Part shown: positions 54,517 to 64,000 of the stretch, one piece after another | Layout of the letters: each line of letters begins with the position of its first letter | Numbering within the stretch: the first letter of the stretch is position 1 | Virus record (IMG/VR): IMGVR_UViG_3300005330_000014 | Span: 144,234 to 208,233 of that record | DNA from: a virus | Taxonomy: Duplodnaviria > Caudoviricetes | Strand: one strand, 5' to 3' | Length of the DNA stretch: 64,000 nt | Translations under genes and position numbers: made by a program | Notes under the pieces: model-generated | The model's input: only the letters and a program-made list of their open reading frames with translations | Told to the model about the DNA's origin: nothing | Database searches by the model: none

Positions 54517-55205
54517 GAGTCTCTCCATCTTTTATCAATTGTAATTTTAACATTGCCATAAGGCAGTGTGGCATTATCTGTTAAAATATCACATTTAGCA
54601 CCAAGAAAATCGAGTTCTCCTACAGTAATAGCATCAGGGTTTAGATTAACATTAGTCACCCCCAATATTTTATCTCCGTTATCCTTTGAATCACTAAAAA
54701 ACACCTCAAAATAATAACCTCCATTCCCGTCGCTTAAAGGAAATTCTAAGCCTTGAGACAATGAAATCAATCTTCCTATGATCATTCGGATTCTAATATT
54801 CTCTCCGGTCGCTCCTTCATCAACAAACTCAACTTCCCAATCTAAAGGATAGGCGAACGATTCTTGTCTTGGCGGAAAATGATTATTTGCTGCTCGCGAA
54901 CCTCCACCATCGGGTATACTTACGCTAGAAAAAATTCTATCGATAGAACAATATGCATTACCCGTAGGAGCAGAAATTTTTAATCGTTTAGCTTCATACC
55001 ATAATTGTTGTAATTGAAATCGGTTAAATTTTAAAGGGAATATTGATCCACGTTTGCCCAAACTTGCTAATACCCCCGGGGAAATACTTTCATTAGGAAT
55101 AATAGCGGGAAAGGGTATTCCGGTATTGTGGTCTAATTCTGCTGTTACTGTAGAATTACCAAAATTTTTCATAGCTACTCCTTGGAAATCTGGTGCGCAA
55201 TTCAT
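54513..55205 (-). CDS. Probable virion/tail-associated protein
   Basis: Last gene of the minus-strand structural block. Confidence 0.45.
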   Translation of the reverse strand: MNCAPDFQGVAMKNFGNSTVTAELDHNTGIPFPAIIPNESISPGVLASLGKRGSIFPLKFNRFQLQQLWYEAKRLKISAPTGNAYCSIDRIFSSVSIPDGGGSRAANNHFPPRQESFAYPLDWEVEFVDEGATGENIRIRMIIGRLISLSQGLEFPLSDGNGGYYFEVFFSDSKDNGDKILGVTNVNLNPDAITVGELDFLGAKCDILTDNATLPYGNVKITIDKRWRDS

Positions 55206-55220
55206 TATAATATTTTCTTT

Positions 55221-55817
55221 TTACCCTACGGGGTAAGCCATACGTTGGGGGGTAGATTGAACGTCTCCCCCGGAGTCATTATAGCTATCCCCACCTGTTA
55301 AAGCTAAATATAAATGAGTGGTAGTCCATTGGTCTACTTGATAATTACCATCTCCCTTTGGATTCCAAATAATAGCTAATAAATGACGCATTACTGATTG
55401 TAGGTATATAGGGTCATCCGACGTATTGGCATTAATATATTCCGCTTCTCCCCCGTCCCATGAATTCTGGCTTCCATCATATTGAATAGATGATTTTATA
55501 ATTTCAGGCCATTTCGTAGGATCATTATTATATTCTAATTCTATCCATACTTTTAATCCCTGAGCGAATGCTCCAGAAAGTGAAAATCCAGTCCAACCAG
55601 AATCATTATCTTTAGGATCGTTTACAGAAGCTTTGCCAGTGACAATTACTTCATCGTTATATTTTAATGATTTAGTTAAACGTGACGCCTTATTTACTAT
55701 AAATTTCCATTGTGGAGCTTCTTTATTGCCAAAATTTTTAATTGTTACTTGCCAAGGATGTAAACTATTATTATCACTATTCCCGCCGCTTCTTACTGGT
55801 AATGTTCTAAATGCCAT
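55221..55817 (-). CDS. Probable virion/tail-associated protein
   Basis: Beta-rich; block context. Confidence 0.45.
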   Translation of the reverse strand: MAFRTLPVRSGGNSDNNSLHPWQVTIKNFGNKEAPQWKFIVNKASRLTKSLKYNDEVIVTGKASVNDPKDNDSGWTGFSLSGAFAQGLKVWIELEYNNDPTKWPEIIKSSIQYDGSQNSWDGGEAEYINANTSDDPIYLQSVMRHLLAIIWNPKGDGNYQVDQWTTTHLYLALTGGDSYNDSGGDVQSTPQRMAYPVG

Positions 55818-55829
55818 AATAATTAATAA

Positions 55830-57707
55830 TTAAAATACTCCTGTGATTTGTATTGATATTCCTGTGTCAAAACCTAATCCTGTTATGGTCAACATGGCGA
55901 CATCGTTGTTTTGGTCTTTAGTGTTAATATAATTAATATTAATATAAGAAGTAGAGTTAACATAATTAATTGGATTATTATTTTGATATGTGGAAAATGT
56001 ATTATTAATAAAATTATTTAATAAATAATCTACCTGATTAAACGGACTAGCTCCAGTTAATAAGTTCCACGAACCAGTAAAGGTTTTAATGTGGTCTAAA
56101 ACACGTCCCGATCCGTTTATTGTACCAGAGGCAAATTGAGTGTAATATCCGCTTCCGGTAAATGTTTGATTCAAAAATCCTGTAAACAGATTGCTATTTA
56201 AAATATTACCTATACCTAAATCTCTTCCTCCTATAAGGCTAGAATCAGACAAAGACATATTTCCCAAATTGGTATCGTCTACTAATAAACTAACATTCGT
56301 TGCCGCCCCGCGAATACCACTTAATGTAATAGTATTAATTCCATCATTAATAGCAGTAACTAAATGTGTGCCCGTATTATTATTAATATATGTTGTTAAT
56401 CCAGTCATCCCAAAATATGAGAAATTATTAATTATAGCAGTATTATTATCATTGATATATAACTTGTCAAAATTGCTAGGGGTATTATAATATATCGCGC
56501 CTGTGCCATGAATAAATCCAGTAGCATTCAAACTGCGTAAATTTCCTGTAGTTCCAGTTATGTAACTATTGTAAAAATAAGTTCCGCTCCCGTTAGAAAT
56601 TGGGCCAAGAATATAATCATATAACAACCCTGTTCCGATTCCTGAATAGTTAGTGCCTGTTCCATAACCGCTAACTAATAAAGAATAATCCCAAACAAAA
56701 ATCCCGGTAGCAAATTGGGTAGTGCCCGTAATAATGCCGCTAGCAAATCCTGTCGCTAAATTATTTAATTGTCCACCAGTTCCGCTCCCAATACCAATGG
56801 CTAATTGGCTAATAATCCCTTGATTTTGAATAAATCCACTAATATTCCCAGACCAGCCAGAAAATATATCAATATATTTATAATAATCTCCACTTCCACT
56901 AATATGACTTAAAGAAACTAAAATTGGTAAACCGCTTGATATATTAGAATTAATATTAGCAGTATACAACTGAACAGTATTGGCGAAAATATTCTCTTGT
57001 CCATTCAAAATAATTGAATTCTCAACAACATTTGGCGATCCGGTTATATTGATTGTAATCGGATAAGTTAAATTCCCAGCATTTGTTGTTAATTGTAAAT
57101 TACCAATATAAGAACCAATAGAACTACTTCCACTAGGTAAAATATAAAACTTCCCAATACTAGGAGAAGATAAGTCTCCCGTAGATACCCCCGATAAAGA
57201 AAAAATAGAATTACCAGAATTAAAATTAGAAAATCTACCTCCGTATATTCTAATTGGTAGTTTGTTATTAATAATTGTTCCGGTGGCAACGATATCCCCC
57301 GTAGAACAATTTATATTACTAATTGTTAAATTAGGAGTATCCCCATTTAAATAAAAATTATATGTTGTGTTGACATTATTTGGTTTAATATAAAAATAAT
57401 TATAAATTCCGGTCGATTTATTATTATTATAAGAAATTGGATTACCGTTATAAAAAATATCGTACGAGCCACTATTTAGATTGCCCGATAAACTAAAAAT
57501 AGAATTAATAGGATAATTTTGTATAAATCTACTAGAATTATCTATAATTTTCCCTCCACTGAATAAAAAATTTATATTATTAACCCCTGACCCTGATAAG
57601 CCAAAATTCATTGTGCCCGTATAGTTATCAACAGTAAAGTCGCAGCCAAATTGGAAATTTCCAGTCTGCCCGTAGAATATTCGTTTTAATCCTGTAGTTG
57701 TAAACAT
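55830..57707 (-). CDS. Gly/Ser/Thr/Asn-rich probable virion protein (tail/fibre-like)
   Basis: Many TG/SG dipeptides, beta-strand-like composition. Confidence 0.6.
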   Translation of the reverse strand: MFTTTGLKRIFYGQTGNFQFGCDFTVDNYTGTMNFGLSGSGVNNINFLFSGGKIIDNSSRFIQNYPINSIFSLSGNLNSGSYDIFYNGNPISYNNNKSTGIYNYFYIKPNNVNTTYNFYLNGDTPNLTISNINCSTGDIVATGTIINNKLPIRIYGGRFSNFNSGNSIFSLSGVSTGDLSSPSIGKFYILPSGSSSIGSYIGNLQLTTNAGNLTYPITINITGSPNVVENSIILNGQENIFANTVQLYTANINSNISSGLPILVSLSHISGSGDYYKYIDIFSGWSGNISGFIQNQGIISQLAIGIGSGTGGQLNNLATGFASGIITGTTQFATGIFVWDYSLLVSGYGTGTNYSGIGTGLLYDYILGPISNGSGTYFYNSYITGTTGNLRSLNATGFIHGTGAIYYNTPSNFDKLYINDNNTAIINNFSYFGMTGLTTYINNNTGTHLVTAINDGINTITLSGIRGAATNVSLLVDDTNLGNMSLSDSSLIGGRDLGIGNILNSNLFTGFLNQTFTGSGYYTQFASGTINGSGRVLDHIKTFTGSWNLLTGASPFNQVDYLLNNFINNTFSTYQNNNPINYVNSTSYININYINTKDQNNDVAMLTITGLGFDTGISIQITGVF

Positions 57708-57717
57708 GTTGTAAACA

Positions 57718-60432
57718 TTATAAGTTAGGCTGACCTACCGTTGGAAAATAATTGACTGTATTTGTGTAGCTGCCATGTTGAGTTAACATGCTAATACTAT
57801 TATAATTAATTGCTCGCTCGGCAGGTAAAACCATAAGTCGTGTACCAAACTCGTAAGTAGAAGTCACGCCTTTATCATCAATTCCAATATCTACACTTAA
57901 TAATCCATTGTCGATAGTTGGAATATAATTATTTAAATCTATCCCTGCGATTTTAAAAACCTTAGAAATGGTTGGCTGCGTGTAATTAACAGCTAGGCCC
58001 GCCGAGAACAATTGATGTAATTGCTGTATTTGACTTTGGTCAAATTGACAAATATTATTATTCTTAGTAAGAACTTTCAAAGAGTCATCTGATATATTTC
58101 TATAATTCAATTTTAATTTATTAAAATTACAGTTACTAGAAAGATTGCTAACATTAAATGATTCTACTTTGTTAATAATACGCCTAGTTTTTTTTGTTTT
58201 TTCAATTACAGTACCAAAAAGAGCATCAGTAGGTTCAGTATATTGAAATTTGCCCATAGGAGTACTAAATACTACAACATTAGAATGTAGGGCTGTTCTG
58301 TTATTGAAACTATGATTTCCAATTATAGAGCATTTTAAATCTGGATATTGATAAACAATTTCTGTGTTTTGTAAAGTAGGGTCTTGTTCTTTATTCAAAG
58401 GTTTTCCGTCAAATAGTGTACCGGGAGACGCCTCGTTGTTATATCCGTTCATTTCAGTTAATCGAAAAGCGTCTGCGCTTTGTGTGCAACCTAAATATAA
58501 ATATACATCTCCTGCATTAGTTGCAGAACTGGAATCTCCAGCGTCTAAAACCGAACCGATAAAATCGCCACGCAAATTATTTTTACTACCCAATTTGAAA
58601 GGAAGGAATTTAGCAATATTGCCAAGTAAATAATAGTCATTAACAGAAGTAGCACTTCCAGAGCTAGTCACACTCTCAGGGACAAAAGAGTTTCGCCCCC
58701 TTTCTGCTACAATTAATTTAAAGGATAGTAGCCCGCCCGCATTAGTTAAAGAGTTAGATGAATTTTGTGCCCCTGCATCATGAATAATAGATAAAAATTG
58801 AGCAAACGGTAAATCTCCCATAATTGTACCAAATCCAGATTGCGCCCCCTGAGTCGAGGTATTGTAAAATCTTAAACTACCCATACTATCACCTAAAAAA
58901 TTATATGTGACATTGCCAGTATTAACAAAATATGGAATACCACACAAGTTATCTAATTGGAAATCATAGTCTTCAAAAAACCCATCATTCGGATCAGGAA
59001 CATACACCGCATACTTGTTTAAAAAGCCAGCAAAAGCTCTTTCTTCTGCTACGAATTTTTGATGATGGGTTTCATTATGCTCGGCTAAGAAAAAGAAATA
59101 ATTCCCCGGATTAGTTACTACTTTCCATTGATTTTCAAAATCTAATAATTGAACACAATTGTAAAAATCTTTATTATCTTTAATATCATCTACATTATTA
59201 CTTTGATTAGAGTTTAAGTATCCAGAATTACTATCCGCGAATGGATCAATAGAAGCTGCATCTTTTGGTATTTTATCTATTTCGGGTGGGGTAGGAGCGT
59301 CCGCAATAGATTGTATTGAAATATTTCGATTCCCCGCTAATGAAATTTGACTGGAAAGAATTGTCATTCCTAATTTATCTAAAACTCGACCCTTATAAAA
59401 ATGAGCCGCCGAATACATTTGATATTTCACATAAAAATAATATAAATCGCGCAAATCTTGACTATAATAAGCTAACCCAGAAGCCACTCTATCAATATTC
59501 GGCGTCACAGTCAAAGGCATAGAGTAAGTATTATTTTGTAATAAACTTTGTAATTCTATATATTTTGCAGACTGACATTCATACATTTTAGCGGGGTCGC
59601 CCGGTCTAGAAAAATTAGTGATTGTTGCCGTTTTCACTGAATTTTTCATAGAATAACTCTCATCGTATTCTAACAAGTTAGGACAAAAATTTTGTATATC
59701 CGTGTTTACTTGAATAGTATTTCTTAAATCTTTAAAAACAATTGTACCATTATCCCAATAGAAAAAATAACCATAATCTTGACACCACTGATTCAATACT
59801 TCACGAAGAGTTCCCGTGTATTGTTGTAAATAATTTTTATTAGCAAAAATACCTCCCTTTATTGGAATGGGAATTTTAGATAATAATTCATTAAAATTAT
59901 ATTTTACATCATGTATTTCATATTTAGCTTTTTCTTCACAGTCTACATAATTTTTAATATCTTGCTGCGCTTGATCATTAATGCACGGCGAGCATGGATC
60001 GTAAAAATTAGAAACTGGATTAACGTAATTTTCAGGATTGCAGGGGTCTAATTCAAATCCTACAATAATTAAATTCCCGAATGATTGCGTGCCATACCTT
60101 TTATATAATCCAACCTGAATAATATCTAGAATATGAGAGGTATCAACAAAATGTAAGGTTAAAGTATTGCCCCCCGGGGAAATATGCTTGCTATAATCTT
60201 CCAAATATCCTACAAATGTAATATTAGAACCTATTTGTATATGATAAGGTGAGCAATAAGTGCTTGATAAATCTGCTGGAGTAATAGAATAATTACCATT
60301 TTCGCTAATTACAGAAATAGAAATTGTACTTTGAGAATCACCATAAGCGATATTTAGACGAACAGAATAAATATAGCCTCCAAATATACTTGAAGAACCA
60401 TTGATACTGATATTAGGGATTGTGTTAATCAT
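57718..60432 (-). CDS. Probable tail/baseplate hub-like protein
   Basis: 904 aa; GTLREVLNQWCQDYGYFFYWD hub-like segment; C-terminal TSTYEFGT. Confidence 0.55.
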   Translation of the reverse strand: MINTIPNISINGSSSIFGGYIYSVRLNIAYGDSQSTISISVISENGNYSITPADLSSTYCSPYHIQIGSNITFVGYLEDYSKHISPGGNTLTLHFVDTSHILDIIQVGLYKRYGTQSFGNLIIVGFELDPCNPENYVNPVSNFYDPCSPCINDQAQQDIKNYVDCEEKAKYEIHDVKYNFNELLSKIPIPIKGGIFANKNYLQQYTGTLREVLNQWCQDYGYFFYWDNGTIVFKDLRNTIQVNTDIQNFCPNLLEYDESYSMKNSVKTATITNFSRPGDPAKMYECQSAKYIELQSLLQNNTYSMPLTVTPNIDRVASGLAYYSQDLRDLYYFYVKYQMYSAAHFYKGRVLDKLGMTILSSQISLAGNRNISIQSIADAPTPPEIDKIPKDAASIDPFADSNSGYLNSNQSNNVDDIKDNKDFYNCVQLLDFENQWKVVTNPGNYFFFLAEHNETHHQKFVAEERAFAGFLNKYAVYVPDPNDGFFEDYDFQLDNLCGIPYFVNTGNVTYNFLGDSMGSLRFYNTSTQGAQSGFGTIMGDLPFAQFLSIIHDAGAQNSSNSLTNAGGLLSFKLIVAERGRNSFVPESVTSSGSATSVNDYYLLGNIAKFLPFKLGSKNNLRGDFIGSVLDAGDSSSATNAGDVYLYLGCTQSADAFRLTEMNGYNNEASPGTLFDGKPLNKEQDPTLQNTEIVYQYPDLKCSIIGNHSFNNRTALHSNVVVFSTPMGKFQYTEPTDALFGTVIEKTKKTRRIINKVESFNVSNLSSNCNFNKLKLNYRNISDDSLKVLTKNNNICQFDQSQIQQLHQLFSAGLAVNYTQPTISKVFKIAGIDLNNYIPTIDNGLLSVDIGIDDKGVTSTYEFGTRLMVLPAERAINYNSISMLTQHGSYTNTVNYFPTVGQPNL

Positions 60433-60442
60433 TATTATATTA

Positions 60443-62179
60443 TTATATAATTTCTAAAAAATCATTAGTGTTAGAATAAATAGTAGGTAATATATTCAAA
60501 AAAGAACTAGGGCGATTTAATAAAGAAAAATTAGCTATTTCTATATAATCATGATATACACTCTCTCTTAGTCCGTTCATATATACTATAGAAGTATCAC
60601 GAGCGAACTTAGGTAATACTACATTATTATATGCCCCGCTACTGAAAACGCCCTGCGAATCGTTAGGAAATGTCCAAAATTGCCCGCCCGTTATACTATA
60701 AAATAATGTATCATTCAATATAAAATTATTTCCCGCTGCTCTATAATCTAAACCAGACTGTAATTTAACTCCATTTAAGAAAATAGAAGAGTTGGGTAAA
60801 GCTAATCCAGAAATTCCTGTTGTATTACTAATTATAAAATAATTGCCCGTATTGAATGCCCGCGCTCCCGTAATATAATCTATAATATTAGTATCTAGGT
60901 CATCATAATTATTGCCAGAAAGGAAATTCCCGGAAATATAAAACATGCCAGAAAGATATACTGAAGGATTATAAAAGCTCCCCGAGTTGACATATCCGCT
61001 TCCTAATTGAGCTACCGAATCCAAATAAAAATTAACTTGATCTGAGTTAAGATTAGACGGCAAGATATATTTATTAGAAATTCTATCAAAAATTAAAGAA
61101 TTATTGATATTAGTTTTATTAATTGAATTAGGAAAATAAAAAATTTCAGTAATATCGCTCGTATCAACATTTTTAATATACGAAATAGCTTCCATCCCAA
61201 AACTACGACTATACCCCTCATTTTCAACAGGAAAACCCCCTGTCACACCAGTAAAATAATTGATAATAGTTTGATATTGTGGCGTATTACTAATATCATA
61301 AACAACCCCTGTTAGGTCTATCGCCTGATAGCGGGCTGTTATATTATTGCATTGCCCAGTTAAATATGAATAAAATTCATTGGCCTGCCCTGTCGTGCCA
61401 GAAAATATTTGTACTAATCCAGTTGTATAACCTGTAATAATAGTGCCTGTAGCAGATGTAATACTTTGTCCCGGCGGAAAAATATTGCAATATATACCTG
61501 ACGCAATAGCTGTTTTTTGATAAGGCAATAAAGCGGGGGAAAAAAGTAAAAAATTATCTATATACCCGGAAAAGTTATTTCCTGAAAAATAAGATGGGGC
61601 TCCACTGACTCCTCCCAAATTATATTTATCGCTAAATAGAAAATAATTATCATTAACAGCAAATGATTCGCTTTCAAATAATTTATTATTAAAATTTAAG
61701 TAATCAATAGTTAAATTATTAGAAGTTTTTGTAATCCACAGACTATTTTTACTACCCCAATTATTCTGAGATTGAATAACAGTTGGCCCAAGATTAGAAT
61801 AAAATTCAACATAAGGTTGACAAGAATTATTAACCCCAACTACAAAACCAGAAACTATATTTCCGCTAGTAAAGCTAGAAAATAATACCCCATTTTGACC
61901 TGTAGATATTTCATAATTAATTGCCATTGTCCAAGTAGGCGAAGGATTAAGCCCTGTGGCATTTTGAATATTAATTAGCGTTCGCCCATCGAACTTTCCC
62001 GATCCTGTTATACTATAAAAAGAATTAATATTGCCACTAATAAATCCTGAAAAAATAGAATTACCTAGCGGAATTGACGGAATAGGTTGATTTCCACTTT
62101 CCTTAAAGTCATAAAAAACGGTTAGTTGGGGTATCGCCCCCACACTTTGCGTAAAGTAATTGATTCCGGTTGTTGACAT
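60443..62179 (-). CDS. Probable virion protein with N-terminal LamG/concanavalin-like domain
   Basis: FYDF...GSGKFDG, WTMAI, FSGYIDNFLLFSPAL. Confidence 0.6.
   Translation of the reverse strand: MSTTGINYFTQSVGAIPQLTVFYDFKESGNQPIPSIPLGNSIFSGFISGNINSFYSITGSGKFDGRTLINIQNATGLNPSPTWTMAINYEISTGQNGVLFSSFTSGNIVSGFVVGVNNSCQPYVEFYSNLGPTVIQSQNNWGSKNSLWITKTSNNLTIDYLNFNNKLFESESFAVNDNYFLFSDKYNLGGVSGAPSYFSGNNFSGYIDNFLLFSPALLPYQKTAIASGIYCNIFPPGQSITSATGTIITGYTTGLVQIFSGTTGQANEFYSYLTGQCNNITARYQAIDLTGVVYDISNTPQYQTIINYFTGVTGGFPVENEGYSRSFGMEAISYIKNVDTSDITEIFYFPNSINKTNINNSLIFDRISNKYILPSNLNSDQVNFYLDSVAQLGSGYVNSGSFYNPSVYLSGMFYISGNFLSGNNYDDLDTNIIDYITGARAFNTGNYFIISNTTGISGLALPNSSIFLNGVKLQSGLDYRAAGNNFILNDTLFYSITGGQFWTFPNDSQGVFSSGAYNNVVLPKFARDTSIVYMNGLRESVYHDYIEIANFSLLNRPSSFLNILPTIYSNTNDFLEII
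60444..60452 (-). promoter_or_regulatory. AATTATATA motif on the minus strand
   Basis: TATATAATT on +; TATAAT about 10 nt before ATG 60432. Confidence 0.35.
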
Positions 62180-62204
62180 ATCCTTATTCCTAAATGAACA
62201 TTAA

Positions 62205-62213
62205 TATTTACAC
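62205..62213 (-). promoter_or_regulatory. GTGTAAATA putative late promoter
   Basis: TATTTACAC on +; then AGGAATAAGG RBS and ATG 62179. Confidence 0.6.
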
Positions 62214-63866
62214 TTAATTAAGAGATAAGACATTAATATAATTATAAGGAGCAATCGTTGCAGAGTTAGGGGAATCAAAAGACCAAGCAAAATTTGTGTC
62301 AAAATCTAGCCCAATAAAATTATTTGATTGAGTTATTTGATTCTTATCTAAGAAAATACGATTGGTAGACCCGTATTGTAATATATAACCATTAGCTAGA
62401 TTTTTAATGGCGGTAATTGTGGAGCTATATGAACCAGTGCAAGCTCCTACGAAATGTCCGCGCAATTCAAGACTAGCCCGGTTCTTATATCCTAATGATA
62501 CAGTGTAATAATCTGCGTTACAGGGGCTACCTGACCCCAAATTAACCAAAGGATTACTAGCTATCTGCATAATTGCGGGCTTGAAATTAAGAGTAAAATC
62601 TAAATCTTTAAATTCCACGGGTATCAAGTCTTTATTGTCATAACTAGTACCTACTGATATTTCCCCTACAAAGGGATTTTTAGTTACTGAATAGCTCTGC
62701 TGAATTGGATTCAAAGGATAGATTATAACTCCATTATTGAAGTCTGAATAAGCTTGGTTTGCCAAGAAAAACAAATTTAATTGATTATTATAATAATTCT
62801 GTACATTTGTCCATCTTGTTTTTAAATCTCCGCGCCCCTTGATAGTTCCTCTAATATCTACTGTAGTAATATCAAAATCATCTACTTTAATATCTGTGCT
62901 GTAGTCAAAATAAGTCCGAGGCGTAAAATCATTATCAAATTGAATATTAAATCCAATTTTTTTATTATAATTATCTTCAGAAACTCCTGAACTTAAATAA
63001 GTTGGATTTAAATCTAAACGCCCACAAGCATCTACATACCCTTGCACGGCGGCGGAATAAACATCAAAAGAACTATATTTATTTCTTAAGGTCGCAAGGT
63101 CAGCATTTCTACAAGATTTTACTTCTCCATTTATGCCTAAACTTGCTAGACCGCGATTTAAATCACATGAATAATCAATAGAATAACGAATATAACCTGC
63201 CCCGCCATTATATAAATCGGCAATATATTTCTCTTCAATTGTGTAGATATTATCAAAACGATTAATAGATTCTTTAAACGTATCCACGCAAAGATTAATC
63301 CCTGTACAATAAGAAATAAAATATGGAGAAATAAAACTATTAGTGCCAGTTTGAGATAAAACATAATTTTTAGCATTTTGAAAACCATTGCTAAAGCCAC
63401 TAGAAGTATTTAGTCCCCGTGCCGAAATTCTATGAGTAATTTCTAATAATTGATTATCCTGCTGCGTAAAATTCCATTCATTAACAGGGTTAATTACCCC
63501 ATAATAACCTGAAAATAATTCGGGCGGATAAGTTTCTAATTCAACTTCATAATTAAGAATGCCAACATATAATGAAGCTTGGAAGTTAATGTTTACAATT
63601 CTATTGTAAGGTTCATAATATAGAGTTTGTCCATCTTGGGTGATAGATAAAGCTTTGAAATCTGATGCATAAATTTGCTCTAATTGAATTTTAGCAGTTT
63701 GAATAGCATCATAAGTGCAACCGCTTAACTGCCCCTGTAATCTACAAGACGTAATGGTGCTCCATCGTTCCCCGTAATGAATCGAATTGTTTGTGAAACT
63801 AGGTAAAGGCACGGGTTGCCCAGAGGGATATGCTAGATTAGAGCCGTATAGTATTTGTAGAGACAT
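62214..63866 (-). CDS. Probable virion/tail protein
   Basis: 550 aa with repeated ISARG/IKGRG beta units; late motif and RBS upstream. Confidence 0.55.
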   Translation of the reverse strand: MSLQILYGSNLAYPSGQPVPLPSFTNNSIHYGERWSTITSCRLQGQLSGCTYDAIQTAKIQLEQIYASDFKALSITQDGQTLYYEPYNRIVNINFQASLYVGILNYEVELETYPPELFSGYYGVINPVNEWNFTQQDNQLLEITHRISARGLNTSSGFSNGFQNAKNYVLSQTGTNSFISPYFISYCTGINLCVDTFKESINRFDNIYTIEEKYIADLYNGGAGYIRYSIDYSCDLNRGLASLGINGEVKSCRNADLATLRNKYSSFDVYSAAVQGYVDACGRLDLNPTYLSSGVSEDNYNKKIGFNIQFDNDFTPRTYFDYSTDIKVDDFDITTVDIRGTIKGRGDLKTRWTNVQNYYNNQLNLFFLANQAYSDFNNGVIIYPLNPIQQSYSVTKNPFVGEISVGTSYDNKDLIPVEFKDLDFTLNFKPAIMQIASNPLVNLGSGSPCNADYYTVSLGYKNRASLELRGHFVGACTGSYSSTITAIKNLANGYILQYGSTNRIFLDKNQITQSNNFIGLDFDTNFAWSFDSPNSATIAPYNYINVLSLN

Positions 63867-63892
63867 CCTTATTCCTTAATATTATTTACAAG

Positions 63893-63901
63893 TATTTACA
63901 C
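63893..63901 (-). promoter_or_regulatory. GTGTAAATA putative late promoter
   Basis: TATTTACAC on +; AGGAATAAGG immediately before ATG 63866. Confidence 0.6.
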
Positions 63902-63938
63902 TTTATCGCTAAAAATCGCACGAATTGAAATCCGTTTA

Positions 63939-63947
63939 GTGTAAATA
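63939..63947 (+). promoter_or_regulatory. GTGTAAATA putative late promoter (divergent)
   Basis: Upstream of ATG 63979. Confidence 0.55.
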
Positions 63948-63978
63948 TAACCATACAATAATACTACAATATAAACAT

Positions 63979-64000
63979 ATGAAATTACCACCTAAAACAC
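63979..64000 (+). CDS. 5' end of a gene leaving the window (partial)
   Basis: ATG AAA TTA CCA CCT AAA ACA after the late motif. Confidence 0.4.

Noticed and set aside
55221-55236. TTACCC-TACG-GGGTAA hairpin as a terminator
   Set aside because: It overlaps the last codons of the minus-strand gene and has no downstream U-tract on either strand
5824-63400. Antisense or nested ORFs from the track (e.g. 5824..6201, 13459..13820, 33227..33445, 35341..35580, 48579..48812, 52238..52579, 58364..58633)
   Set aside because: They lie fully opposite or inside well-supported genes and have no motifs or RBS; treated as shadow ORFs
1-64000. Stop-codon reassignment (suggested by the GGQ release-factor gene)
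   Set aside because: Long genes (DnaE, DnaB, structural) are uninterrupted in code 11, and genes end cleanly in TAA, TAG (e.g. 20839, 22418) and TGA (e.g. 15450, 39909) next to downstream starts
1-64000. CRISPR array
   Set aside because: No regularly spaced direct repeats with unique spacers were seen; the PD-(D/E)XK protein at 23987 has no cas context

Overview
This window is a slice of a large, AT-rich (about 30-33% GC by spot counts) tailed dsDNA phage genome read in standard genetic code 11. It is wall-to-wall genes with no host-chromosome character. Layout: (i) 1-13.1 kb, a dense glycan-modification island with about 9 glycosyltransferase-like genes, a sugar epimerase/dehydratase and a SAM methyltransferase, interleaved with a Dam-type MTase and a NADAR. 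(ii) 13.9-19.8 kb, the RecA, endonuclease, DnaB, AAA+ and primase replication block. (iii) 19.8-54.5 kb, accessory and nucleotide-metabolism genes: NUDIX, phosphoesterase, amino-MTase, exonuclease, trypsin-like protease, tRNA(CAT), macrodomain, GGQ release-factor-like protein, deoxyribosyltransferase-like, DUF5664, GH16, DEDD exonuclease, 3D-domain protein, DnaE, DHFR, ClpP, GMP reductase, PLD nuclease, 2OG-Fe(II) oxygenase, HNH, SSB and two more GTs. (iv) 54.5-63.9 kb, a minus-strand block of probable virion/tail genes. Three promoter-like motif classes recur at gene boundaries. The most unusual signals are a highly iterated GC palindrome (CCGCGCGG, at least 17 copies, in all reading frames), a C-terminal peptide HNHPLT[DN]MF shared by three otherwise unrelated proteins and conserved only at the protein level, and a high-GC Sm/Hfq-like microprotein flanked by structured non-coding DNA. 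All protein-family calls come from motif recognition by eye; no database search was run.
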